A DNA stretch of 64,000 nucleotides. Source: the human T2T-CHM13v2.0 reference genome, Homo sapiens. The stretch lies in assembly GCF_009914755.1 (NCBI RefSeq), contig NC_060929.1. One strand, given 5' to 3'. The position numbers and the translations under genes were made by a program. Under the pieces are notes generated by a model. It did not search any database and was not told the origin of the DNA. It saw nothing but the letters and a program-made list of their open reading frames with translations. Below are positions 26,594-38,628 of the stretch, piece by piece; positions within the stretch are counted from its first letter, which is position 1, and each line of letters starts with the position of its first letter.

Positions 26594-26968
26594 ATGTGGT
26601 AGAAAGAATAGTTGGCCCCAAAGATGTCCACATCCTTATCCTGTGATCCTGTGAATATGTCAGGTTATATGGCAAAAGAGAATTAAGGTTTCTGATGGAA
26701 TTAAGATTGCTAATCAGCTGACCTTAAAATAGGAAGATTATTTTTGATAATCTGGATGAACCCAATGTAATCACAAGTCTCCCGAAACCATGGAAGAGGG
26801 AATCAGAATTGTCAATGTCCGAGCGATGCCCTGTGAGACTCAACTGGATCCACTGGCTTTGAAAATGGAAGTGAGCCAAGGAATGCAAGCAGTCTCTAGA
26901 AGTTGAAAAAGCAAGAAAATGTTTTCCCCTAGAGACTAGAAATGAACCAGACCTGTGGTGGGCACCCC
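26594..26968 (+). mobile_element. MLT1D MaLR LTR (3' part disrupted)
   Basis: 'tggccccaaagatgtccacatcc...ggaattaagattgctaatcagctgaccttaaaatagg...gagccaaggaatgc'. Confidence 0.88.
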
Positions 26969-27223
26969 TTTTCTTTTCTTTTCCTTTCCTTTAGTCTTTC
27001 TTTTCTTTTCTCTCTCTCTTTTTTTTTTTTTTTTTCGAGACAGGGTCTGTGGACATCTTTTTCTATTCCTTTTCCCTTTCCTTTTTCCTTTCCTTTCCTC
27101 CCCTTTTTCCTTCCCTTCCCTTCCCTTTCCTGTTCTTTCATTTTTTTTCTCTTTTTTCCGCTTCCCTTCCCTCTCCCTTCCCTTCTCTCTCCCTTCCCTT
27201 GCCCTTCCCTTCCCTCCCCGCCC
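26965..27223. repeat. Pyrimidine-rich low-complexity tract (CTTTT/CCCTT) with tiny Alu 3' remnant
   Basis: ~250 bp almost entirely C/T; T-run followed by 'cgagacagggtct'. Confidence 0.9.
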
Positions 27224-29009
27224 GAAAGTATTAGTTTTGATATTTGAAATACAGACTCTGATTATCTGGCTGGGAAATCTTGGGGAAACTGCTTAACTTC
27301 TTTTGGTGAGCTTTCTCATCAATTATTCCCCTAACATCCAGAAACACTTGTTGTTAGTTTTGTTGCTGCCTCTGGCTGACCATCCTCTGACTCTTTCTCT
27401 TCACTCTTATATTGCTGATGGTCTCCAGCATTCGGATTTATTCATTTCTGATTTCTTTTCCAGAATATACCTCTATATTTTAGTGATTCCGCTTGTCACA
27501 TATTTTCCCGAATGATAAGCCTATTTGTCTATTCAACACCCAATCATTTCTTCAAATTACAATCATATTTCCAAATAACTCCCTGGCACCTTTATAAGGA
27601 CACAGCAAGCTCAACTTGTCTGCAAACAAATTTACCACATTCTCCTTTGTCCCAAATTCCTTTTAGTAATTTTAATTCCATTTAAATAATTAAATGCCTT
27701 TTAAATATCTAAAATACCAATGTTTAATTTTTCTGGTTAAATCACATACCTTTATTCTTTTTTTATCGTTATTGAGGAGAAGAGGAATGGAAAGAAAATT
27801 AACATTTATTGAACAGTAAATATTTGTTAGATATTGAAATAAACCTCTTCTTACACATACAATTGGGATTTAAAAAAATGTTAAACTAATATAGTTAAAC
27901 TGAAGTAGCAAGTTTCACTGCGTCTCACCAAGCCTTTAAGCAAAAGCATCAATCACTTCTGGAGGAAAGAAGATACCATATAGAATAAGGATTCGCAAGC
28001 TATTTTCTGTAGCTGACCATAGTAAACATTTTCATCTTGGTGTGCCGAATATCATCTTTGTCTCATATTCTTCTTTGGTTTTTGATTTGCTTGTTCATTT
28101 GTTTTATTTAACAATACTTTTTAAAATGTATAATCTATTATGAGCTCATGGACTCTACAAAAATAGGCTTGATTTGGCCTGCACATGATAGTTTGTCAAC
28201 TAGAACAAATAGAGCTGAATTTTATCCATAGTGAGAAGATATTCTGAAACTTAGACTTTGTTGAGAAAGAAAAGTGTTTTTTCTAATTTATCAATATTTC
28301 CTTTTACATATAAAAAATTAGCTCTAATAAAACTGAATTATTTTTACTATTAGGTATAACATAGAGGAATGGATTTGTGGGATACTCCCAACAAACAGGA
28401 AGGGGAAGTAGAAAGGCCTTCTGGAGATGAGAGGGGAAGCCAAGGAAAAAGTGAGAGAAATTAAACTTCGGCATGTACTCCTGCATGTCTCCTACCCCTC
28501 AACATTAGAGGTGGCAGAAATATTCAGTAAGATTTCGGGGTGAGGGAAATTCCAGAAGAGAAGGACTTGTCCTATTTTTCCCAATATAGAACCTAAGAAA
28601 ATTAGCAGCTCATTAAAGAAGCACCATGTCTCAAAAGTTTTAAAAGTGATAGAACATTTGGCAGAGGATGTTGGTAGACAGGGTCTAAGATATATCTTAT
28701 GATATATGTAGCTAGAATTAACCCTGTAGAAGATTCAGAAGTTCTCAAATATTCCAAAAGCAAGAAGTTAAATTGCTGAGACAAATGGTGCAGGAATAGG
28801 GCTGGTGTTTGAGACAAGGGGGATTTAAGACTTCATAATAATACGGTTGTCAGGAGTTATGAACTTCAAAAGCAGGTACAATTCTGAAACCTCAATAAAC
28901 AGCTTTAGCAGTAGATTATCCAAGGACCAGGCTAGAATGACTATCTCCCAGTGAGTAGCTATAGAACAGTAAAGTGGACATTGCAATTTCTTAAGATTTA
29001 ATCAGGCAG

Positions 29010-29450
29010 TAGTCTAATTTAAAGATAGTTAAAATTTCTGATACTCCTATGATCATGATGTGGAGATTCTATGATTGCTTTGAACAACATGGTATGGTGG
29101 GAATAACCTGGTGCCAGTCTTCATGCCCAGGCCCTAAGTGGCTGGCAAATTCTTCTGTCTCTTAGAACACATGTTCTTGGGCACTGCCTTTGGATATCTC
29201 CAAACTCAATGTTTTGCGAAGCCTAAAACACATGGGGAGGCTACATGCAGGCACCAAGGTCAACAGACCCAGCTGAGCTGCCAGTCAATAGCCTTCATCC
29301 ATTAATGTGAGATAGTCATCTTGATGTCAAACCCAGTTAATCCTTTAGATATCTGTAACCCCAGTGGATTTCTGGCTGCTACTATATGGTAGACCTGAAG
29401 TGATAAATCAACCACAGTTAGCCTACAGAGCCTTAGGAGATGATAAGCAA
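29010..29450 (+). mobile_element. MLT1G-like MaLR LTR
   Basis: 'cccaggccctaagtggctggca...cacatggggaggctacatgcaggcac...cccagctgagc'. Confidence 0.7.
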
Positions 29451-30219
29451 TGCCACAATATGTAATCGCAATACAAGCCAAGAACACTTCATCACTATGT
29501 GGTGAAGAGCTGCCAAGGTGAACTACCCATACCAGGAGTGTATTTCTTAAGAATGTGAAATAGACTTTAATGTATGGAGCCATTTTGATTTCAGGCTTAA
29601 TATACTAAGCTACAGCCAGACATTTGAGTTCTCAAAAGTGAGGTTTGAAACTAAGTGATTATTAAAACATAATCTGCAGACCTCTGAGATTATTTTAGGC
29701 AGTTTTTAATATCAAAACTATGTTTATGTAATTCTAAGATACTAATGATGTTTGCATTGATATTAAAAAAAATAATGGTCAAAATTGCTGATGCCTTAGC
29801 ACAGATCAAGGCAGGAGCAATGAACTGCACTATAGTCATTATGTTCTTCACTGGCAAGTATTTTGGATTAAAAAACTATTTCACTTAAGAATTTCCTCAA
29901 TAAAGAAGTAAAACAATGGTAACTTTAAAAATCTCAACCCTTGAGAATATCTTTTTAATGCTGTGTTATAAAATGGAAGTATGCATGACAAAGTATGATG
30001 TTTGTCTTAAGGAAAAGTACGTGTGTGATTTTTGAGTTGTGAACTAAACTAGCTGTTTTCATGGATCACCTTTTCTACTTGGAAGAACAACTGACATACA
30101 GTGGTTATGCAGACATGGGTTTCAGGTAAAGACTTGAAAGTGAGCCTGCCGTTTAAAGAAAAACAACTGATTGTATTTGTTTCCAGTAATAAGTGTTTTC
30201 AAGGAAAAATTATAAATTT

Positions 30220-30845
30220 TGCATAGTAGAAAAAAGAATGCCCCTTCCCTTACAAGACTCATACCCTAAGCCCCATGAGTATATTATGATACATGACAAA
30301 ATGGACTTTACAAATATAATTAAGGTTCCAAACCTTAAGATAGGGAGATTATACTGGGTTTTCCCAGCAGGATCAATCTAATCACACAAACTAATAAATA
30401 AATAAATAAATAAATAAGCAGGAATCTTTTATCTGGAAGCAAAGAGATGAGCCATAAGAGGAATTCAGAGAAACTGAAAGTATAAGAAGGACTCAACATG
30501 CTGTTCCAAGTTTGAAGATGAAGAGAATATTATGACGTGCAATACAGGTGTCCTTAAGGAGCTGAGAGCTTCCCCGGATGACATGCTATCAGGAAATGGG
30601 GACCACAGACCAATAACCATATGGAACTTAATTCTATTAACAACCTGAATGAGCCTGGAACCAGGTTCTTCACCAGAGCCTACAGGCTGGCCAGTACCTT
30701 GATTTCAACCTTGTGAGACTCAGAGCAGAAGAACAGCTGAGGCCAGCTGGACTTCTGAATTATGCAAATGTGAGATTATAAATGTGTGCTGTTTTGAGAT
30801 GTTAAGTTTTGATAAATTTTATAGCAACAATAGAAAATGAATACA
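30220..30845 (+). mobile_element. MLT1E-like MaLR LTR nested in Charlie1
   Basis: 'ccttaagatagggagattat...caacctgaatgagcctggaa...ccttgatttcaaccttgtgagactc...atagcaacaatagaaaatgaataca'. Confidence 0.85.
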
Positions 30846-31222
30846 TTTGAAACGTTTTTATTTGCTACCTTAAGCTTGACAGACATTTCTCAAGAGATCA
30901 GTGGTGATATTAATATGTTTTTGACATTATATAATGAAATGTGTCAACATATGGAAGATCTGCAGTAACTCATTCAACCAATATTTCTCAAAAGCTACTA
31001 CAAAGTCACACATGAGCGGAAAATCTCTTCAGATTACGAGTCCAAAACTACAAAAATTTATTGATACGGTTTCAGGTTTTCAGGTACTATTTACTTTTAA
31101 AAAGCTCTCACTTACTGAGTTTTTTGTTGTAGCATTAAAGAACAGCCATAATGATGTGAAAAGACTATTAGGCTACTTTATCCCTTTCCTACAAAATATT
31201 TCAACTAAAAATATCTCAACAA

Positions 31223-31654
<432 letters not shown>

Positions 31655-31805
31655 TTATTAACACATTTCTTTACAAAAAAATGAGTTTTTATCGAAATTA
31701 ATGTGAATTTAAAATTGTTTTAACTTCATAATATATATAGAGAAAGACATCAATAGATACCCCATATAAATATATAAACATTATAACCCACATAAACATT
31801 TTGGG

Positions 31806-32112
31806 TTATTATTATTATTATTATTTTTGAGACAGGGTTTCACTTTGTCACACTGGCTGGCATGATCATGGCTCACTGCAGCGTCTGTAGCCTCCACCTC
31901 CTGGGCCCAAGTGATCCTCTTACCTCAGCCTCCCAAGCAGCTGGAACCACAGTCATACAACTACCATGCCTGGCTAGTTGTTTATTTTGTGTAGAGTTGG
32001 GGGGGTCTCCTTATGTTGCCCAGACTGATCTCAAACACCTGGGCTCAAACAATCCTCCTGAATTGGCCTCCCAAAGTGCTGGGATTACAGGTGTGAGCCA
32101 CCATTCCTACCC
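31806..32112 (-). mobile_element. AluJ
   Basis: (TTA)n tail; J-type 'gagacagggt', 'gatcatggctcactgcagc', 'ctgggctcaaacaatcctcc'. Confidence 0.93.
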
Positions 32113-32509
32113 TGCATTTCTTAATAGTTTCCAATGTGTAAGGGATTTTGAGATAAAAACTTCGGGAACCACTGACCTTGCTAGCCCCCAAGAACACAGA
32201 CTGTCTATAAAGAAATCTGGCTGCTAAGTTCCATACAAAAAGATAAGAACCCTATTTCTATGTGTACCATAGTTTTGAATTTGAGCTTTGAACTGACTGA
32301 AAAATCAACATGAAAAAAGTCTTTTTTTAAATCTGTACAGATCAGTCTTCTTTTAATTGTCCAGGTTAAGTTTACTTTCCTTGCATTCTCACCCCGTTTG
32401 TCATCAGGAAAAACATGGAATTCAAAACAAAATGTGATCAGTTGTAGAAATAAATTGTACTTTACCTCTATTTGGTAAATGAGAAAGTTGAGGTTCACAG
32501 AGCATTAAC

Positions 32510-33230
32510 ATCACTCTTTGCTTAAATAGTTTCCTATTGCTCTTTGAGTATTATATAAATTCCTGTGCAGATACTTCCTAGTGTGTCCATTTTCTTGGTA
32601 GTGTTATCTGCAACCAAAATTCTATACCCCATGTACTTTAGGTACTACACAAATCAGGTGATTTTATACTTCCTGAATACATCAACAGGTTATTTTTTCT
32701 TCCCAAGTTCTATAAATGTATTTTTCTCTCTAGAAGATCCTTTTCCTTCTGATCCACCTGCAGATTCTATACCTATAGAAAGATAATACATATGTCGTCT
32801 CTTATCTGAAGGCTACTTTGACTAACTTCTTTAAGACCTTGATCAAGCATGATTAATGTCTTCCTTCTCTTTCTCCTATTTTATACTTATATTTATAATG
32901 GTACTATACATTTTAATGGGATGATTTGCAGAATTCTACTTTTTCACTTTTGACTTTCCATTATACTTTTTATTTCTTCTCTACTCATCCCATGTGTCAC
33001 TGCATTCATATTGGCAGCATAACTTTTAATTCACCTGAATAAGTCAAAATGCAGTTTCCTAGGGTGCTGAAGACATACTGTAACAGAAAAGCCAAAAAAA
33101 GTTGTTAGTCTTGCCCACTCCACTATGAATCCTTGGAAAACAGGATTCTGTCTTCATAGTCGCAACATACTTCTTGGCACATTTAGATGCTGAGAAAATA
33201 TGTGACTGATTCATGCATGAATGATGAATT
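32510..33230 (+). mobile_element. L2 relic fragments including the 3' end
   Basis: 'ccttggaaaacaggattctgtctt...ttggcacatttagatgctgagaaaatatgtgactg...gaatgatgaat'. Confidence 0.55.
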
Positions 33231-33351
33231 GTTTGAATTGGATAGTCTCTCTAAAACTCCTTTTCATTCTTTAGCCCTGTCTTTTTGTCTGAACCTCCTC
33301 ACCTCTTTTCATTATTCTTTTCTGCCTGGTTTTGTTTTGCTTTTCCTTTGT

Positions 33352-33442
33352 ATTATATATATCTATATATCTATATATATATATCTCCACATATAATTCA
33401 AAATTATAGAATTATGATTATATAATTCTATATAATTCTACA
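33352..33442. repeat. (TA)n-rich low complexity
   Basis: tatatat/atctat units. Confidence 0.75.
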
Positions 33443-33691
33443 TCTATTTTACACATAGATGTAGAATACATATGTCAAATTTTTTTTCTATTTTCCTTTT
33501 AAAATAAAAACACTTGAACAGACCTCTGTTTTAAAATGGCATTTAGTCAGCAGCCTCAGATGTAGAATTTCCCATCTCTCATTCTTTTCAACAGTGGGTG
33601 CTTGGAGATAACTTGGAAATTTCACATCACTTCACTAACAGAAGCAAAGACAAACTACCTAACTTTTGCCATTATACCAAAGGGATATCAA

Positions 33692-35851
33692 TTTTTTTTC
33701 TATTTTATTTGAAGTTCAGGGGTACATACGCAGGATGTGCAGGTTTGTTACATAAGTAAACGTGTACCATGGTGGTTTGCTGCACAGATCATCCCATCAC
33801 CTAGGTATTAAGCCCAGCATCCATTAACTATTCTTCCCGATGCTCTCCCTCCTCCCCCAACCACCCTTAGGCCTTAATGTGTGTTGTTCTTCTCCATGTG
33901 TTCTCATTGTTTAGCTCCCACTTATAAGTGAGAAAATGCAATATTTGCTTTTCTGTTCCTGGGTTAGTTTTCTGAGGATCATGGCCTTCAGTTCCATCTG
34001 TGTCCCTACGGAGGACATGATCTTGCTCCCTTTATGGCTGCATAGTATTCCATGGTGTGTATGTACCACATCATCTTTATCCAGTTTATCATTGATGGAC
34101 ATTTATTCCATGTCTTTCCTATTGTGAACGGTGCTGCAATGAACATATGACTGCATGCACATTTATAGTAGAATGTTTTATATTCCTTTGGATATATACC
34201 CAGTAATGGGATTGTTGGGTAAAATGGTATTTTTGCCTCTTGGTCTTTGAGGAATCAACACACACTGTCTTCCACAATGGATGAACTTATTTATACTTCC
34301 ACCAACAGTGTAAAAGTGTTTTGTTTTGTTTTGTTTTCTCCACAACCTCACCATCATTAGTGGTTATTTGATTTTTTAATAGTAGCCATCTGACTGGTGT
34401 GAGATGGTATCTCGTTGTGGTTTTGATTTGCATTTCTCTAATGATCAGTGATGTTGAACATTTCTCAGTGTTTGCTGGCTGCATGCATGTCTTCTTTTGA
34501 GAAGTATCTGTTCATGTTCTTTTCCCACTTTCTACTGGTTTTTTTTTTCTTATAAATTTGTTTAAATACATTGTAGATGCTGGATATCAGACCTTTGTCA
34601 GATCGATAGACTGAAATAATTTTCTCCCATTCTGTAGGATGTCTGATCACTCTGATAATTTCCTTTGCTGTGCAGAAGCTCTTTAGTTTAATTAGACTCC
34701 AATTGTCAATTTTTGCTTGTGTTGCAATTGCTTTTGGTATCTTTGTCATGAAATCCTTGCTTATGCTTTATCCTGAATGATATTGTGGAGATTTTCTTCC
34801 AGGGTTTTATAGTTTGGGGTTTTACATTTAAGCCTTTAAGCCATCTCCAGTTGATTTTTGTGTGTGGTGTAAGGAAGGGATCCAATTTCAGTTTCTACAT
34901 ATGGCTAGCTAGTTCCTCCAAAACCATTTATTAAACAGGAAATCCTTTCCCCATTGTTTGTTTTTGTCAGGTTTGTCAAAGATCAGGTGGTTGAAGGTGT
35001 GCGGTCTTATTTCTGAGTTCTCTGTTCTGTTACATTGGTCTATGCGTCTTTGCTCTTTAGCAGTACATGCTGTTTTGGTTACGCTAGCCTTGTAGCATAG
35101 TTTGAAGTTGGGTAGTGTGATGCCTCTAGCTTTGTTCTTTCTGCTTAGAATTGTCTTGGCTATTCAGGTTCTTTTCTTGTTCCATATAAATTTTAAAATA
35201 GTTCTAATATTTTGAAGAATGTCAATGTTAGTTTAATTGAAATAGCACTGAATCTATAAATTATTTTGGGCAATATGGCCATTTTCATGATATTGATTCT
35301 TCCTATCTGCGAGCATGGAATGTTTTACCACTTGTTTGTGTCCTCTCTGATTTTTCTGAGCAGTGGTTTGTAGCTCTTCTTGAAGAGGTGTTTCACTTCC
35401 CTTGTTAGCTGTATTCCTAGGTATTTTGTTCTTTTTGTGGCAATTGTGAATGAGAGTTAATTTATGATTTGGCTTTCCTCTTGTCTATTGTTGGTGTGCA
35501 GGAATGCTAGTGATTTTTGCACGTTGATTTTGTATCCTGAGACTATCCTGAAGTTGCTTATTAGCTGAAAGAGCTTTGGGGCTGAGACGATATGGTTTTC
35601 TAGATATAGGATCATGTCATCTGCAAACAAAGACAATTTGACTTCCTCTCTTCCTATTTGAATACCCTTTATTTCTCTTGCCTGATTTCCCTGGCCAGAA
35701 CTTCCAATATTATATTGAATAGGAGTGGTAAGAGAGGGCGTCTTTGTCTTGTGCCAGTTGTCAAGGGGAATGCTTCTAGCTTTTACCCATGCAATATGAT
35801 ATTGGCTGTGAGTTTGTCATATATGGCTTTTATTATTTTGGGATATGTTCC
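33692..35851 (-). mobile_element. L1PA (about PA10-11), non-inverted 3' segment
   Basis: Poly-T, 3' UTR 'gcaggatgtgcaggtttgttacata...cagatcatcccatcacctaggtattaagcccagcat'; ORF2 remnants in the ORF track (34465-34749). Confidence 0.96.
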
Positions 35852-36155
35852 AGTATCATCCTGATACCGGCAGAGATATAACAACAACAACAACAAAAAA
35901 ACTTGATGAACATTGATCCAAAACTCCTCAACAAAATACTGGCAAACCAAATCTAGCAGCACATCAAAAAGCTTATCCACCATGATCAAGTAGGCTTCAT
36001 CCCCGGCATGCAAGATTGGTTCAACACATGTAAATCAATAAATGTGATTCATCACATAAACAGATCTAAAGAAAAAAACCACATGATTATCTCAATAGAT
36101 GCAGAAAAAGTCTTCAATAAAATTCCTTTATGTTAAAACCTCTCAATAAACTAGG
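35850..36155 (+). mobile_element. Inverted 5' segment of the same L1 (twin priming)
   Basis: Sense ORF2 'ccagtatcatcctgatacc...ctcaataaactagg'; its end adjoins, in L1 coordinates, the start of the minus segment ('ggaacatatcccaaaataataaaagcc'). Confidence 0.93.
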
Positions 36156-36606
36156 GGTATACATTGAGAAAAACTATCAGTTATCCATTCCTGGTTCAAA
36201 CAATTAGATGATGATGACCCTCTTTTTGACTCTAAAAAATGTGGCTACCAACTAGCTTGCAATGTTTGCTGAACGCACAGCAAATCAATAATGCGGTCAT
36301 TGCATTTACCCTTTGAGTTCAATAAACCCCTTTTAGGTTTGTATAGTTTTCATTCATTTTACAAAAAAGTAGAAGGAAAAAAGAGAGTAAAAATAACTTT
36401 AAAATAGTAAGAATGTAAACATAGCTACACTTTTGTTTTAAGAAAATATTGGTGTACAAACATGAAAGATATAAGAATGAAAGGTCAAAGAGCACTGTCA
36501 TAAATACATTTAGCAAAATGGGATGATCTAGGTTTTCTTGTAAAATATTGAGAAGTTAGATCCTTCATGTTTCATGACTAACAGGTTGAGAGTACATATT
36601 TTATTT

Positions 36607-36716
36607 TTCTTTTTTTTTTTTTTTTTTTTTTTTTTTGAGATGGAGTCTTGTTCTGTCCCCCAGGCTGGAGTGCAGTGGCGTGATCTCAGCTCACTGCAAG
36701 CTCCGCCTCCCAGGTT
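36607..36716 (-). mobile_element. Truncated AluY (3' part of right arm and tail)
   Basis: Long T run, then 'gagatggagtcttg...gcaagctccgcctcccaggtt' (AluY-diagnostic caagctcc). Confidence 0.9.
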
Positions 36717-38628
36717 ATTTTTCATGATCATCTCCATCTTCCCACCCACCACCAACCCTTAAATTGGCCCCAGCATGTGTTGCTCACCTCTGTGTGTTCA
36801 TGTGTTCTCATCATTTAGCTTCCATTTGTAAGTGAGAATATGCAGTATTTGATTTTTCTGTTCTTGTGTTGGTTTGCTAAGGATGATGGACTCCAGCTCC
36901 ATCCATGTTCCTGCAATGGACATGATCTCTTTCTTTTTTGTAGCTGCATAGTATTCTATGATGTATACGTACCACATTTTCTTTATCCAGTCTATCATTG
37001 ATGGGTATTTAGGTTGATTCCATGTCATTGCTATTGTGAATAGTGTTGCAATGAACATACGTGTGCATGTGTCTTTATGACAGAACAATTTATGTTCCTT
37101 TGGGTGTATACCCAGTAATAAGATTGTGGGTCGAATGGTATTTCTTTTTTCAGGTCTTTGAGTAAACACCACACTATTTTACATAATGGCTGAACTAATT
37201 TACAGTCCCATCAAGAGTGTATAAGCATTTCTTTTTTTCCACAGCCTCACCAGGATCTGTTATTTTTAGACTTAATAGTAGCCATTCTGGCTGTTGGTAT
37301 CTCATTGTGGTTTTGATTTGCATTTTGCTAATGATCAGTGATGCTGAGCTTTCTTTTCTATGATTGTTGCCTGCATGTATGTCATTTTTTGAAAAGTGGC
37401 TGTTCGTGTCTTTTGCCTAATTTTTAATGGGGTTGTTTTTTCTTGTGCGTTTGTTTAAGCTACTTATAGTTGCTGGATATTAGACCTTTGTCAGATGCAT
37501 AATTTGCAAAATTTTTCTCCCATTCTGTACGTCCTCTGTTCACTCTGTTAATAGTTTCTTTTGCTGTACAGAAGCTCTTTAATTAGATCCCATTTGTCAA
37601 TTTTTGATTGTTACAATTGCTCTTGGCATCTTCATCATGAAATATTTGCTCATGCCTATGTCCCTAATGGTATTGCCTAGGTTGTCTTCCAGGGTTTTTA
37701 CAGTTTCGGGTTTTGCATTTTAGCCTTTATCTTGACTTAATTTTTGTATATTGTGTGAGGAAGAGGTCTAGTGTTGGGAGCAGGCCCCCCAAAATCTGGC
37801 CATAAACTGGCCCTAAAACTGGCCATAAACAAAATCTCTGCAGCACTGTGACATGTTCATGATGGCCATAACACCCACTCTGGAAGGTTGTGGGTTTACC
37901 AGAATGAGGGCAAGGAACACCTGGCCCGCCCAGGGTGGAAAACAGCTTAAAGGCATTCTTAAGCCACAAACAATAGCATGAGCGATCTGTGCCTTAAGGA
38001 CATGCTCTTGCTGCAGTTAACTAGCCCAACCTATTCCTTTAATTCAGCCCATCCCTTCATTTCCCATAAGGGATACTTTTAGTTAATTTAATATCTATAG
38101 AAACAATGCTAATGACTGGCTTGCTGTTAATAAATACGTAGGTAAATCTCTGTTCGGGGCTCTCAGCTCTGAAGGCTGTGAGACCCCTGGTTTCCCACTT
38201 CACACCTCTATATTTCTGTGTGTGTGTCTTTAATTCCTCTAGCACCGCTGGGTTAGGGTCTCCCAAACCAAGCTGGTCTTGGCAGTCTAGTGTTTCAGTC
38301 TTCTGTATGTGGCTAGCCAGTTATCGCTGCACCATTTATTGAATGGGGAATCCTTTTTTCACTGCTTGTTTTTGTAAGGTTTGTCAAAAATTGGGTAGTT
38401 GTCAATGTGTGGTCTTTTCCTGGGTTATCAATTCCATTACATTGGTCTATGTGTCTGTTCTGGTACCAGTACCATGCTGTTTTGATTACCGTAGCTCTGT
38501 AGTTTAGTTTGTTGTTGAGTAGCATGCTGCCTCTAGCTTTGTTCTTTCTGCTTAGGATTGCCTTGGCTACTTGGGCTCTTTTTTGGTTCCATCAGAATTT
38601 TGAAAGAGTTTTTCCTAGTTCTGTGAAG
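36714..38628 (-). mobile_element. L1PA13-like 3' segment (3' terminus missing), interrupted by MER9
   Basis: 3' UTR 'gttatttttcatgatc...'; ORF2 C-terminal remnant (ORF 36798-37172 'KDTCTRMFIATLFTIA'). Confidence 0.93.
37772..38284 (+). mobile_element. MER9a solo LTR (HERV-K9 / HML-3)
   Basis: 513 bp TG...CA; 'tgttgggagcaggccccccaaaatctggccataaactggcc'; AATAAA at ~38129; perfect 6-bp TSD GTCTAG (37766-37771, 38285-38290). Confidence 0.95.

Noticed and set aside
26929-27296. F/P/S/L-rich or K/E/G-rich ORFs that look like membrane or charged proteins
   Set aside because: Translations of the CT-rich low-complexity tract.
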